NCBI RefSeq assembly: GCF_018350175.1
Contig: NC_058368.1
Span: forward strand, 170,936,001-171,000,000
DNA: 64,000 bases
Reading direction: 5' to 3'
Origin: Felis catus
Lineage: Eukaryota
Shown piece by piece: positions 39,659 to 53,444 of this stretch. The notes beneath the pieces were generated by a model. It did not search any database and had not been told where the DNA came from. It was given only the letters and a program-made list of their open reading frames with translations. A program made the position numbers and the translations under genes. How positions within the stretch are numbered: the stretch's first letter is position 1; each line of letters opens with the position of its first letter.

Positions 39659-41489
39659 TGAAAACTTTTCAAAACCAGACCCTCTTACTTGAGCAAGTTT
39701 CTGCAGTCAGATTTCCAAGTTACGGTAAACACTTTGAGCAAACATATATGACCCAGTGAATCTTACATGAACAGATTGCTTTTGTTTTCTTCAAGGGCCT
39801 GTGAAAGCTGCTTTCAGAGGGCAAGTCAGGCAGTGGCTTTTCCTGTTTTAATTTCAAGGTTCAGCATGTTATGTTCCCAGTGGCTTCCTATTTCTCCTTT
39901 CCCTCAGAGTTCAAGATTAGCAGCAATTTTCCACCTTGAAAACAATGCAAACATTTCACCCATATGGATTACAGTGAGGTTGGGTTCATTGAGCTGTGTG
40001 AACATCCGGGCTTTTATGAGGTAGTTTGGGCTTCTTCTCAAGGCTTCCCTTTAGATTGCACAAAGAGGTGGATTTTTCTCCTGCGGGTGTGGGAAATAAT
40101 TCCAAAATTATTTATTAGAAGCCCATGCTCAGAGTCAGACTCTCAAGGCTTCATATTTGGCAGCCTGGAACTCATCTTAATGTCCGCATTAAGATGACTT
40201 TGATGGCTGAGTATCATGAGACTTCCTTCATCCCTAAACCAAAAAATGTCATTGTTGACTCCATGCTATTAAACTTGTGCCTCTGTCACTACGTCCTTTC
40301 CTTTCTAAACCTCAGAGAATGCACTGAGAAATCAATGGAGACAGAAAATGCTAGAAAGAAGAATAATTATGTACCCTGAAAATGCAAGGTTTATTTTCTA
40401 TGATAGAAAGAAATTAAAGGGGAAGCATCATGATGGTTTAAAAGTGAAACATTTACAAATTAAAGGCAAATTTGGAAATTTAAAAGACTGTTTGGAAAGA
40501 GATAAAAAAAAATCTGGAGATCTTTATCCTTCCACCCTTTCCTAGAATACTTTTCTTTCCCAGTCACCTCACCTTCCTTTTCCGCCTGCACACACACCTC
40601 AACTTGCCAACAAATGCACTTACTAGTGGCAAGAAAGGATTCAGTCATTTCTCAAGTGAGGCAAAGGAAGATCTGGTCCTTTGTCTCTAGTATTTGATTC
40701 ACAAACTCAGTCCAAAAACTGAGGTGCTACAAATGGGAGCGTTTGTGAAATCCCTCTGTTTGCTTTTGTTTGCTTAGAGATGAAGCTTGTTACCTACAGC
40801 AATCCCAAGATTCAAAACCTCTGGTTTGAAGCTGTCACCCTGCTATACATGGCTTTTTGCTAGTTCTTCAAGCCATCTGGCAGCTATCTTCTTGTGGCCA
40901 GTGAGATAATGTGAGATTCTTTTAAATTCTGTACATATTTATTGAATACTTTGTGTTGGTTTTGTGCCTTTAGTGGCAACTTTTAAGAGAGAAAAATATG
41001 TACTATGTTCTCTAACTTAAAGACACTCAGAGCTTTGGTCTTTTGAAAATGAACAGAAACGGGAACCCGATGAGTATTGGGACCTTACACTTATGGTCTC
41101 CATCAGAGACCATTAACTGATTAGAACATGGAGTTGTCAAAGGTAAACTATGTGTCTTTTACCAGGGACCAAGGGCCACCTGTGATAACTGTTAGATACC
41201 TGCACGTCCAATATGGGCTCTTCCCAACGGGCATAGTCAAATAAGCATCAGAATGTCTTAGGAACTTCCCAGGAGAATGGTGACTATTTTTCTTTGTTAG
41301 ACTTGGAGGAACTAAGATGAAATCAGAGTAGTTTTGGTATTATATCATGGTAAATACATGGCCATCACATGGTGATATCATGACTCTGCAAGAACCAAAT
41401 TATATTCTCATCCATTACCCTTACTAGGCTCCTAGAGAAAAGCAGATTTACAATTAATGGGGGGGGGGGGAACCTAACGCACAGCAGGT

Positions 41490-41745
41490 AATATAGAGAA
41501 TAAAGCTGAGGCTCTAGAGCCAGACTCTCTGGATTTGAATCCTGATTGTGCTACATACTAGCTGTAAGACCATGGACAGTTTTCTTAATCCATGCTATGC
41601 CTTGGTTATCTCATCTATAAAGCTAGAATTATAATGATGTCTGCCTCAGGGAGCTGTGAAGGTTAAATGAGTAAATACTTGGAAGTATTTTGAACAGTGT
41701 CTAGGCCATAGTAATGGCTTGATAAATGTTAGATCTTATTATAAT
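41490..41745 (+). mobile_element. MIR (near full length)
   Basis: 'ctctagagccagactctctggatttgaatcctg...ctcatctataaa...ggttaaatgag'. Confidence 0.85.
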
Positions 41746-42028
41746 AACTACCTTAAAAAAGTTAATTCAGGACCAATTAATGGAATATTACCCATGTTGA
41801 GAACTTAGAGCACAGGTATATATATTTTTTTAATTTTTTTTTTAATTTTCATTTTAATTACAGTCAGTTAACATGCAGTGTTATACTAGTTTTAGGCACA
41901 CAATATAGTGATTCAACAATTCCATACATCATCTGGTGCTCATCACAAGTGCATTCCTTAATCCCTATCACCTATTTCACCCCCTCCCTGCCCCCACTAA
42001 CCATCAGTTTGTTTTCTATAATTAAGAG

Positions 42029-42061
<33 letters not shown>

Positions 42062-42222
42062 GTCTCTGCTCATTTGTTTTATTTCTTAAATTCCATATGA
42101 GTAAAATCATATATTTGTCTTTCTCTGACTGACTTACTTCGCTTAGCATTATACTCTCTAGATCCATCCATGTCATTGCAATGGCAAGATTTCATTCTTT
42201 TCTATAGCTGAATAATTTTCCA

Positions 42223-42250
42223 GTGTGTGTGTGTGTGCGTGTGTGTGTGT
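42223..42250. repeat. (GT)n microsatellite in L1 A
   Basis: Direct reading. Confidence 0.9.
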
Positions 42251-43737
42251 ATCACATCTTCTTTATTCATCAATCAGTGGAAACTCAGGCTGCTTCCATA
42301 ACTTGGGTGTTGTAAATAATGCTGATATAAACATAGGGGTACACATATCCTTGAATTAGTGTTTTTGTATTCTTTGGGTAAATACCCAGTAGAGCAGTTG
42401 TGGGATTGTAGGGTATTTCTATTTTTAACTTTTTCAGGAACCTCCATATTGTTTTCCAGAGCAGCTGCACCAGTTTGCATTCCCACCAACAGAGCACAAG
42501 GGTTCCTTTTCCTCCACATCCTCGCCAATACCTGTTGTTTCTTGTGTTGTTGATTTTAACCATTCTGACAGGGTGTGAGGTGATAGCTCATTGTAGTTTA
42601 GATTTGAATTTCTCTGATGGTAAGTTATGATGAACATCTTTCCATGTATCTGTTGGCTGTCCAGATGTCTTCTTTGCAGAAATGTCTGTTCATATGTTCT
42701 GCCCATTTTTTATTGGATTATTTGTTTTTTTGGGGTGTTGACTTTTAAAAGTTCTTTATATATTATGGATATTAACCCTTATTGAATATGTCATTTACGG
42801 ATTTCTTCTCCCATTCCATAGGTTGCCTTTTAGTTTTGTTGATTGTTTCCTTCGCTGTGCAGAAGCTTTTTATTTTGATGTAGTTCCAATAGTTTATTTT
42901 TACTTTTATGTCCTTTCCCTCAGGAGACATATCTAGAAAAATGTTGCTATGGCCCATGTCAAAGACGTTACTGCCTGTGTTCTTTTCTAGGATTTTTGTG
43001 GCTTCAGGTCTCACATTTATGTCTTTAATCCATTTTCAATTTATTTCTGTGTGTGATGTAAGGAAGTGGTCCAGTTTCATCTTCTTCATGTAGCTATCCA
43101 CTTTTCCCAACACCGTTTGTTGAAAACACTGTCTTTTTCCTGCTAGATTTTCTTGCCTGCTTTGTCAAAGATTAATTGACCATGTAGTTGTGGGCTTATT
43201 TCTGGATTTTCTGTGTGTCTATTTTTGCGCCAGTAACATGCTGTTTTGATTACTACAGCTTTGTAATATAACTTGAAGTCTGGAGTTGTGATGCCTCCAG
43301 GTTTGCTTTTCTTTTTCAATACTGCTTTGGTTGTACAGGGTTTTTGTTGTTCCATACAAATTTTAGAATTATTTGTTCTAGGTCTGCAAAAAATGTTGTT
43401 GGTATTTTGATAGGAATTGCATTAAATGTGTAGGTTGCTTTGGGAAGTATGAACATCTTAACAATATTTGTTCTTCCAACCCATGAGTGTGGAATGTCTT
43501 TTCATGACTTTGTGTCACATTCTATTTTTTTCATCAGTTTTTGAAAGTTTTCAGAGTACAGGTCTTTCACCTCTTTGGTTAGGTTTATTCCTAAGTATCT
43601 CAGTATTTTTGGTGCCATTGTAAATGGGACTGTTTTCTTCATTTCTCTTTCTGCTGCTTCACTGTTGGTATATAGATATGAAACAGATGTCTGTACATTG
43701 ATTTTGTGTCCCGTGACTTTACTGAATTTATCAGTTC

Positions 43738-43955
43738 TTTTTTTTTTTAGTTTTTTTTAATGTTTATTTATTTTTGAGACAGAGAGAGACAGAGTGTGAA
43801 TAGGGGAGGGGCAGAGAGAGAGGGAGACACAGAATCCGAAACAGGTTCCAGGCTCTGAGCTGTCAGCACAGAGCCGGACGTGGGGCTCGAACTCATGGAC
43901 CGTGAGATCATGACCTGAGCTGAAGTCGGATGCTTAACTGACTGAGCCACCCAGG
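43738..43955 (-). mobile_element. CAN-SINE inside L1 A ORF2
   Basis: Reverse SINE flanked by agttct repeats. Confidence 0.93.
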
Positions 43956-44656
43956 AGTTCTACAACATTTTGGTACAGTATTTAAGGTTTTCTATATATA
44001 GTATCATGTCATTGGCAAAAGTGGAAGTTTTACTTCTTTACTGATTTGGATGCCTTTGTTTCTGTTTGTTGACTGATTGCTGTTGCTAGGACTTAATAGT
44101 ACTATGTAAACAAAAGTGGTGAGAATGGACATCCTTGCCTTGCTCCTGACTTTAGGGGGGAAAGCCCTCAGTTTTTCCCCATTGAGGATGTTAGCTGTGG
44201 GATTTTCATATATGGCCTTTATTATGTTGATGTGTATCCCCTCTGAACCTAGTTTGTTGAGAGTTTTTATTATGAATGGATGTTGTACTTTGTCAAATGT
44301 TTTTTTCTGCATCTTTTGAAATGATTGTAAGGTTCTTATCATTTCTATTATTGATGTGATAAATCTTGTGGTTTGATTTGTGAATATTGACCACCCTTGC
44401 AACCCAGGAATAAATCCCACTCAATTGTGATGAGTGTTTTTTAAATATATTGTTGGATTCTATTTGCTAGTATTTTATTGAGGATTTTTGTGTCTGTGTT
44501 CATCAGAACTATTGGCCTATAGTTCTCTTTTTTGTGGTGTTTTACCTTGTTTTGGTGTCAGGGTAATGCTGGCCTCATAGAATGAATTTGAAAGTTTTCC
44601 TTCCTTTTTAAACTTTTTGGAATAGTTTGAGAAGAACAGGTATTAACTCCTCTTTA

Positions 44657-44879
44657 TTTATTTTTTATTTTTTTAAAAATGTTTTTATTTATTTTTGAAA
44701 CAGAGACAGAGCATGAGCAGGGGAGAGGCAGAGAGAGAGGGAGACACAGAACCTGAAGCAGACTCCAGGCTCTAAGCTGTCAGCACAGAGCCCAATGTAG
44801 GGCTTTAACTCACAGACCATGAGATCATGACCTGAGCTGAGGTCGGACACTTAACCAACCGAGCCATCCAGTTGCCCCT
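44657..44879 (-). mobile_element. CAN-SINE inside L1 A ORF2
   Basis: TSD actcctcttta (44646-44656 / 44880-44890). Confidence 0.95.
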
Positions 44880-45571
44880 ACTCCTCTTTAAATGTTTGGT
44901 AGAATTCACCTGTGAAGCCATCTGGTCCTTTACTTTTGTTTGTTGGCAGTTTTTGATTACTGATTCAATTTCTTCGCTAGTAATAAGGCTGATCAAATTT
45001 TATCATTTGTCCTGTTTCAGTTTTGGTTAAGTTACATGTTTTCTTTTTCTTTCTTTTTTTTTTTTATTGTCAAATTGGCTAACATACAATGTGTAAAGAG
45101 TGCTCTTGGTTTTTGGGGTAGATTCCTGTGGTTCATCGCTTACATACAATATTCAGTGTTCATCTTAACAAGTGCCCTCCTCAATGCCCATCACTCATTT
45201 TCCCCTCTCCTCCACCCCTATCCACCCTCAGTTTATTTTCTGTAATTAAGAGTCTCTTATGGTTTGCCTCCCTCCCTCTCTGTTCGTAACTATTTTTTCC
45301 CCTCCCGTCCCCCATGGTCTTCTGTTAAGTTTCTCAAAATCCCCATATGAGTGAAAACATATGATATCTGTTCTTCTCTGACAGATTTACTTCACTCAGC
45401 ATATTACCTTCCAGTTCCATCCATGTTGCTGCAAATGGCATGATTTTATTCTTTCTCATTGCCAAATAGTATTCCATTGTATATATAAACCATATCTTCT
45501 TTATCCATTCATCAGTTGATGGACATTTAGGCTCTTTGCATAATCTGGCTATTGTTGAAAATGCTGCCAAA

Positions 45572-45808
45572 GGGGCGCCTGGGTGGCGCAGTGGTTGAGC
45601 GTCCGACTTCAGCCAGGTCACGATCTCGCGGTCCGGGAGTTCGAGCCCCGCGTCAGGCTCTGGGCTGATGGCTCGGAGCCTGGAGCCTGTTTCCGATTCT
45701 GTGTCTCCCTCTCTCTCTGACCCTCCCCCATTCATGCTCTGTCTCTCTCTGTCCCAAAAATAAATAAACGTTGAAAAAAAAATTTTAAAAAAAATCTTTA
45801 AAAAAAAA
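45572..45808 (+). mobile_element. Young SINEC_Fc-type SINE inside L1 B
   Basis: Near-consensus copy; TSD gaaaatgctgc (45557-45567 / 45809-45819). Confidence 0.97.
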
Positions 45809-48184
45809 GAAAATGCTGCTATAAACATTGAGGTACACGTGCCCCTATGCATCAGCACTCCTGTATCCCTTGGATAAATTCCTAACAGTGCTATTGCTGG
45901 GTCGTAGGGTAGTTCTATTTTTAATTTTTTGAGGAATGTCTACATTGTTTTCCAGAGTGGCTGCACCAGTTTGCATTCCCACTAACAGTGCAAGAAGGTT
46001 CCCGTTTCTCCACATCCTTGCCTGCATCTGTAATTTCCTGATTGGGTTCTTCAGAGATTCACACACTCTGACCAGTGTGAAGTGGTATCTCAGTGGGGCT
46101 TTGATTCGTGTTTCCCTGTTGATGAGTGGCATTGAGCATCTTTTCATGTGTCTGTTGGTCATCTTTTTAAAAGTGTCTATTCATGTCATCTGCCCATTTC
46201 TTCACTGGATTATTTTTTTTTCAGGTATGGAATTTAGTATGTTCTTTATAGATTTTGGAAACTAGCCCTTTATCTGATATGTCATTTGCAAATATCTTTT
46301 CCCATTCCGTTGGTTGCCTTTTAGTTTTGTTGGTTGTTTCCTTTGGTGCGCAGAAGCTTTTTATCTTGATGAGCTCCCAGTAGTTCATTTTTGCTTTTAA
46401 TTCCCTTGCCTTTGGATATGTATTGAATAAGAAATTGCTGCAGCTGAGGTCAAAGAGGTTGCCTACTTTCTCCTGTAGGGTTCTGATGGTTTCCTGTCTC
46501 TCATTTAGGTCTTTCATCCATTTTGAGTTTATTTTTGTGTATGGTGTAAGAAAGTGGCCTAGTTTCATTCTTCTGCATGTTGCTGTCCAGTTCTCCCAGC
46601 ACCATTTGCTAAAGAGATTGTTTTTTTTTTCCATTGGATGCTCTTTCCTGCTTTGTCAAAGATGAGTTGGCCATACATTTGTGGGTCCAATTCTGGGTTC
46701 TCTATTCCATTGGTCTATGTGTCTGTTTTTATGACAATACCATACTGTCTTGATGATTACAACTTTATAGTCAAGGCTAACATCTGGGATTGTGATGCCT
46801 CCCACTTTGGCTTTCTTCTTCAATATTACTTTGGCTACTTGGGGTCTTTTGTGGTTCCATACAGATTTTAGGATTATTTGTTCTAGCTTTGAGAAGAATG
46901 CCAGTGCAATTTTGTTTGGGATTGCGTTGGATGTGTAGATTGCTTTGGGTAGTATTGATATTTTAACAGTATTTATTCTTCCAGTCTATTAGAATGGAAT
47001 GTTTTTCCATTTCTTTGTGTCTTCTTCAATTTCCTTCATAAGATTTCTATAGTTTTCAGCATATGGATCTTTTACATCTTTGGTTAGGTTTATTCCTATG
47101 TATTTTATGATTCTTGGTGCAATTGTAAATGGGATCATTTTCTTAATTTATCTTTCTGTGGCTTCATTATTGGTGTATAGAAATGCAACCAATTTCTGTA
47201 CATTGAATTTGTACCCTGTGACTTTGAATTCATGTATCAGTTCTAGCAGTCATTTGGTGGAGTCTTTTGGCTCTTCCATGTAGAGTATCATGTCATCTGC
47301 AAAAAGTGAAAGTTTGACTTCTTCTTTGCCAATTTGGATGCCTTTTATTTCATTTTGTTGTCGGATTGCTGATGCTAGATTTCCAACACTATGTTAAACA
47401 ACAATGGACATCCCTGTAGTGTTCCTGATCTCAGGGAGAAAGCTCTCAATTTTTCCCCATTGAGGATGATATTAGTTGTGGGCTTTTCATTTATGGCTTT
47501 TTTGATGTTTAGGTATGTTCCTTCTGTCCTGACTTTCTTGAGAATTTTTATTAAGAAAACATTTTGTCAAATGCTTTTTCTGCATCTATTGACAGGATCA
47601 TATGGTTCTTATCCTTTCTTTTATTAATGTGATGTATCACATTGATTGATTTGTGAATATTAAACCAGCCCTACAGCCCAGGAATGAATCCCACTTGATC
47701 ATGGTGAATAATTCTTTTTATATGCTGTTGAATTCAATTTGCTAGTGTCTTGTTGAGAATTTTTGCATCCATGTTCATCAGGGATATTGGCATATAATTC
47801 TCCTTTTTTTGTGGGGTCTCTGTCTGGTTTTGGAATCAAGGTAATGCTGGTTTCATAGAATGAGTCTGTAAGTTTTCCTTCCATTTCTATTTTTTGAAAC
47901 AGCGTGGATAAGTATTAACTCTACTTTAAATGTCTGGTAGAATTCCCCTGGGAAGCCATCTGGTCCAGGACTTACTTGTTGGGAGATTTTAGATAGCTGA
48001 TTCCATTTCTTCACTAGTTGTGGGTCTGTTCAAATTTTCTATATCTTCCTGTTTGAGTTTTGGTAGTGTGTGGGTGTCTAGAAATTTTTCCATTTCTTCC
48101 AGGTTGTCCAGTTTGTTGGCATATAATTTTTCATAGTATTCTCTGATAATTGTTTGTATTTCTGAGGGATTGGTTGTGATAAAT

Positions 48185-48243
48185 CAATTTTCATTCTTGA
48201 TTTTATCTAGGACCCAACTAGATAAAATCAAGAATGAAAATTG
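48185..48243. repeat. Perfect 26-bp inverted repeat with 7-nt spacer
   Basis: caattttcattcttgattttatctag-gacccaa-ctagataaaatcaagaatgaaaattg. Confidence 0.97.
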
Positions 48244-49516
48244 TCTTCCCTTTTTGAGAAGTATGGCTAGGATTTATCAATTTTGTTTATTTTTTCAAAA
48301 AACCAGCTCTTAGTTTCATTGATATGTTCACCTGTTTTGTTTTGTTTTGTTTTGTTTTGTTTTGTTTTTGATTCTGTATTGTTTATTTCTGCTCTGACCT
48401 TTATTATTTCTCCTGCTGGGTTTGGGTTTCTTCGTTTTTCTGCTTCTAGCTCCTGTAGATGTGCTGTTAGATTTTGTATTGGGGATTTTTTTCTTATTTC
48501 TTGAGATAGGCCTGAATTTGCCATGTATTTTCCTCTTAGGACTGCCTTTGCTGCATCCCACAGGGTTTGGACTATAGTATTTTCATTTTCATTTGTTTCC
48601 ATATATTTTTTAAATTTCTTCTTTAACTGCTTGGTTGACCCATTCATTCTTTAGTAGGATGTTCTTTAGCCTCCATGCATTTGGAGGTTTTCCAAACTTT
48701 TTCCTGCAGTTGATCTCAAGTTTCATAGCATTGTGATCTGAAAGTGTGCATGGTATGATCTCAATTCTTTTATATTTATTGAGGGTTTTTTTGTGACCCA
48801 GTATGTAATATATCTTGGAGAATGTTCCATGTGCACTAGAGAAGAATGTGTATTCTGCTTTAGGATGAAAAGTTCTGAATATATCTGTCAAGTCCATCTC
48901 ATCCATTGTATCATTCAGGACCATTGTTTCTTTATGGATTGTCTGTCTAGATTATTTGTCCTTGCTGTAAGTGGAGTATTAAAGTCCCCTGCAATTACCA
49001 TGTTCTTACCAATGAGATCACTTATGTTTGTGATTGTTTTATATATTTGGGTGCTCTCAAATTCAATGCATAAACATTTATAATTGTTAGCTCTTCTTGA
49101 TGGATAGACTCTGTAATTATGATATAATGTCCTTCTTCATCTCTTGTTACAGACTTTAGTTTAAAATCTAGTTTGTCTGATATAAGTATGGCTGCTCCAG
49201 CTTTCTTTTGACTTTCAGTAGCATGATAGATAGTTCTCCATCCCTCCCTTTGAATCTGAAGGTGTCCTTGGGTCTAAAATGGGTCTTTTGTAGACAGCAA
49301 ATAGATGGGTCCTGTTTTTTTTGTTTTTTTTGTTTTTTTTGTTTTTTTTTTTTTTTTTACCCATTCTGATACCCTATGTCTTTTGATTGGAGCATTTAGT
49401 ACATTTGCATTCAATGTTATTATTGAAAGATACAGATTTAGAGCCATTGTGTTATCTGTAGGTTTTATGCTTGTAGTGATGTCTCTGGTCCTTTGTGGTC
49501 TTTGCAACATTCCACT

Positions 49517-50381
49517 CATAGAGTCCCCCTTAGGATCTCTTGTAGGGATGGTTTAGTGGTGATGAACTCCTTCAGTTTTTGTCTGGGAAAACCTTTATCT
49601 CTTCTATTCTGAATGAAAGGCTTGCTGGATAAAGGATTCTTGGCTGCATATTTTTCTTATTCAACACATTGAAAATTTCCTTCCACTCCTTTCTGGCCTG
49701 CCAAGTTTCAGTAGATAGGTCTGCCACTACCTTATGTATCTACCCTTGTAGGTTAAGACATGTTTGTCCCTAGCTGCTTTCAGAATTCTCTCTTTATATT
49801 TGTATTTTGCCAGTTTCACTATGATATGTCTTGCAGAATATCGATTCAAGTTACATCTGAAGGGAGTTGTCTGTACCTCCTGGATTTCAACGCCTGTTTC
49901 TCAGCTATGATTTGTTGACCTACACCTTTGGCCCTTTTATCTCTCTTCTTCTTCTTCTGGAACTCCTATTATATGGATATTATTCCATTTCATTCAATCA
50001 CTTAGTTCTCTAATTCTCCCCTTGTGGTCCAGAATTTTTTTTATCTCTCTTTTTCTCAGCTTCATCTTTGTCCATAATTTTATCTTCTGTTTCACTTATT
50101 CTCCCCTCTGCCTCTTCATTCCTCACTGTCATCACCTCCAGCTTATTTTGCACCTCATTTACAGCAGTTTTAAATTCATCATGACTATCGCTTAGTTCCT
50201 TGATCTCTGCAGCAGTAGATTCTCTGCTGTCTTCTATGCTTTTTACAAGCCCAGCAATTAACCTTATGACTATTATTCTAAATTCTTTTTCAGTTATATT
50301 GTTTATATCTGTTTTGAGCAATTCTTTAGCTGTCATTTTTTCCTGGAATTTCTTTTGAGGAGAATTCTTCTGTTTTGTCAT
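49517..50381 (-). pseudogene. L1 B ORF1, frameshifted
   Basis: MTKQKNSPQKKFQEKMTAKELLKTDINNITEKEFRIIVIRL... followed by coiled-coil-like sequence. Confidence 0.9.
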
Positions 50382-53070
50382 TTTGGCTAGTTTTCAGTCC
50401 TTTATGAATTTTAAAAGCTTGTTATGTGCCCTGCACCTGCGCATGCTACTGTATTAAAGAGGGGTCATACAATGCCCAGGGCCTGGACCTTCAGGAGGTG
50501 TTTTTTGGAGTGTGTTATGTGCTGTTGTTGTGACTTTGGTTACTTTATCTCCCTACTCATAGTGATGTTTTGGACCCTCCACCAGGTGTGCTTTGATTTG
50601 TTTGTTGAAGTAGCCCTGGAAAGGAAAAAACAAACAGAAAAACAAAAACAAAAAAAACCCCACAAAAACAAAAAGAAAAAAAACAAAATCACAGCTACAA
50701 GTAAACAACAGGTTGGAGGTGCTGATGGAAGAGGCCTTATCCCATACAAAGAGAGAAATTACTGGGGTGGGGAAAAAGTAAAGAAAAGAAAATTGACCAG
50801 AAAGAGAAACTATATGGCTTAATCCAGAGAGAGAGAAAGGAAAATAAAGAAGGAGGTGTAGAACATGTATAAAGAGAATAGATTAAATATGTCTGCTTAA
50901 GCAAACCAATAACCAGAATAACCAAACTAGAGGAGGGAAGAGATAAGGAGGAGAAAAGGAAGGAAGAATATATCTATATAATTAGAATTGTCTGAGACTT
51001 AAATCAGGCAATGCAACAGCGCTGGTCTGGAGGAGGGGCTGTCTGGTTGGTCAGTGTCAATCCTGCTCCAGTAGATATGCCGTTACCAGGTGCGGAGGGG
51101 CCTGGTTTGGCGTAGGCAGATCCCACCTCCACTGTGGGCCCTGCTGTCCGTTCCCTGAAGCCCCACCTTGTTGGTGATGGGGAGAAAAATGGAGACACCC
51201 CAGTCTCTCCTCCACAGACCAGGTATCCCAAACCACTCTGTTCAGGCTGTCCCCACTGTGCTGTGGGTGCGAACAAGGCAGTTTGTCCCACTCCACCGAC
51301 TCCCACACCTCCCTAGTGCTCAGCTAAGACTTAAACCCTGATGTCCTAAAGTTTCCCACTCCATGAGCCTCAGTTTTGGGGAAGTGCCACTCCATGCCAC
51401 CTGATATATGATCTTTGGCTAGTGGGCGCAGGCAATCTTTGTCCTTTAAACGGTTATATACCTTCTTCTCACAGCACTCCAGGGAGGGGATTGCTTTCTC
51501 CCACTGCGGACTGCACCTCTAAACTAGGTACTAAGCCCTGGACTGGCTCTCCTCCTCCCTGGTGTGCAAACAGGGCAGCCAGCCTCAGTCGGGAGAAAGT
51601 GCCACAATTAGAGGTTAGATCTTTTCCATCCTGGTCCATGGTTTTTCTCTTGTCCAGATACAGTCCTATGCTTCCCCAGCCTCTCTTTCTCTTCCCTTTG
51701 TCTCTCCAAAGAAGGGGATCCCTCCCCTCCATTCCTCTGCCACCGATTTTATCTCTCCCAGTTCACAATCATGCACCTATGACCTGCCCAGATTGTCTCA
51801 GTGGGTCTCTGGAGGCGTCTCTGTTACTTTGCCACCAGACTCCTGGAGTTCAAAGTCCTTTGGCCTCAACACTGCTGTGTTTGAGAGACGAGGGAACTTC
51901 AGATCCTACTTCTCCACCATGCTGGGTTCCCCCCCTCCCCTGGTGATATGTTTTCTAAGAGTTTATTCATTTCTTCTAGGTTGTCCAATTTGTTGACCTG
52001 TAGTTTTTCATAATATTCTCTTATAATTGTTTGAATTTCTGTGGTGTTGGTTATTTCTCCTTTCTCATTTGTGATTTTGAGTCCTTTCTCTTTTTTTCTT
52101 GGTAAGTCTGGCTTGAGGTTTATGAATTTTACTGTTTTTTTCAAAGAACCAGCTCCTGGTTTCATTGATATGTTCTATTGTTTTGTTTGTTTTTTGTTTT
52201 GTCTTGTTTTGTTTTTAGTTTATATATTATTTATTTCTTCTCTAATCTTTATTATTTCCTCCTTTCTGCTGGTTTTAGGCTTCATTTGTTGTTCTTTTTC
52301 TGGCTCCTTTAGGTGTAAAGTTAGCTTGTTTATTTGAGGTTTTTCTTCTTGAAGTAAGTCTGTATTGTTCTATACTTCCCTCTTAAACCACTTTTGCTGC
52401 ATCCCAAAGGTTTTGGACCATGTGTTTACTTTTTCATTTGTTACCATCTACTTTTCAATTTCTCCTTTTGTTTTCTGGTTGACCCACTCATTGTTTAGTA
52501 GCATGGTATTTAACCTCCATGTATTTGTGGTCTTTCTGTATTATTTCTTTTGGTTGACTTCTACTTTCATTCTCTTGTGATCAGAAAAGATGCATGGTAT
52601 GACTTTGATCTTGAATTTGTTGAGGCTTGTTTTGTGGCCTTATATGTGATATATACTGGAGAATGTTCCTTGTGAACTTGAAAAGAAAGTGTATTCTGCT
52701 GTTTTAGGATGGAATGTTCTGAATATATCCATTAAATCCATCTGGTCCAGTATGTCATTCAAAGCCAGTATTTTCTTGCTGATTTTCTGTTTAGATGATC
52801 TTTCCATTGATGTAAGTGAGGTATTGAAGGCCCCTACTATTATTGTATTACTATTGATTAATTTCTTTATGTTTATTATTAACTGTTACATGTATTTAAG
52901 TTCTCATGTGTTGGATGCATTAATATTTGCAATTATTATATCTTCTTGTTGAAATGTCCCCTTTATTATTATACAGATCCTTCTTTGTCTCTTGTTACAG
53001 TGTTTATTTCAAAGTCTATTTTGTCCTATATAAGTATTGTTACTTTGGCTTTCTTTTGACATCCGTTTTC

Positions 53071-53444
53071 TTTTTCTTTTTTTTTTTTTCATTAAATATA
53101 CTTTATTGTCAGATTGGTTTCCATACAACACCCAGTGCTTATCCCAATAGGTGCCCTCCTCAATGCCCCTCACCCACTTTCCCCTCTCCCTCACCCCCCC
53201 ATCAACCCTCAGTTTGTTCTCAGTATTTAAGTCTCTTATGGTTTGCCTCCCTCCCTCCCTGTAACTTCCCCCCCTTCCCCTCCCCCATGGTTCTCTGTTA
53301 AGTTTCTCAGGATCTACATATGAGTGAAAACATATGGTAACTGTCTTTCTCTGCCTGACTTATTTCACTTAGCATAATACCCTCCACCAAAAGTCTGCTA
53401 GAACTGATACATGAATTTGGCAAAGTTGCAGGGTACAAAATCAG
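53071..53444 (-). mobile_element. L1 C: 5'-inverted (twin-primed) truncated felid L1
   Basis: L1 3'UTR on minus, then sense ORF2 piece 53382-53444; TSD ttgacatccgttttc (53056-53070) / ttgacatccattttc (53445-53459). Confidence 0.92.

Larger units (their letters stand above)
45334..49447 (-). pseudogene. L1 B ORF2 (endonuclease/RT), frameshifted
   Basis: MALNLYLSIITLNANVLNAPIKRHRV (EN start); [31 protein letters not shown]. Confidence 0.92.
45045..51942 (-). mobile_element. L1 B: full-length felid-type LINE-1 nested in L1 A ORF2
   Basis: Own poly-T/3'UTR, ORF2, ORF1 and ~1.5-kb 5'UTR; TSD gttacatgttttct (45031-45044) / gtgatatgttttct (51943-51956); L1 A ORF2 resumes after it. Confidence 0.93.

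Noticed and set aside
40316..40545. Possible exon or Lys-rich ORF
   Set aside because: Acceptor-like site but weak donor, stops in other frames, no homology recognised
51422..51946. 174-aa antisense ORF in the L1 B 5'UTR (ORF0-like?)
   Set aside because: Non-ATG start in a decayed GC-rich UTR; no evidence of conservation
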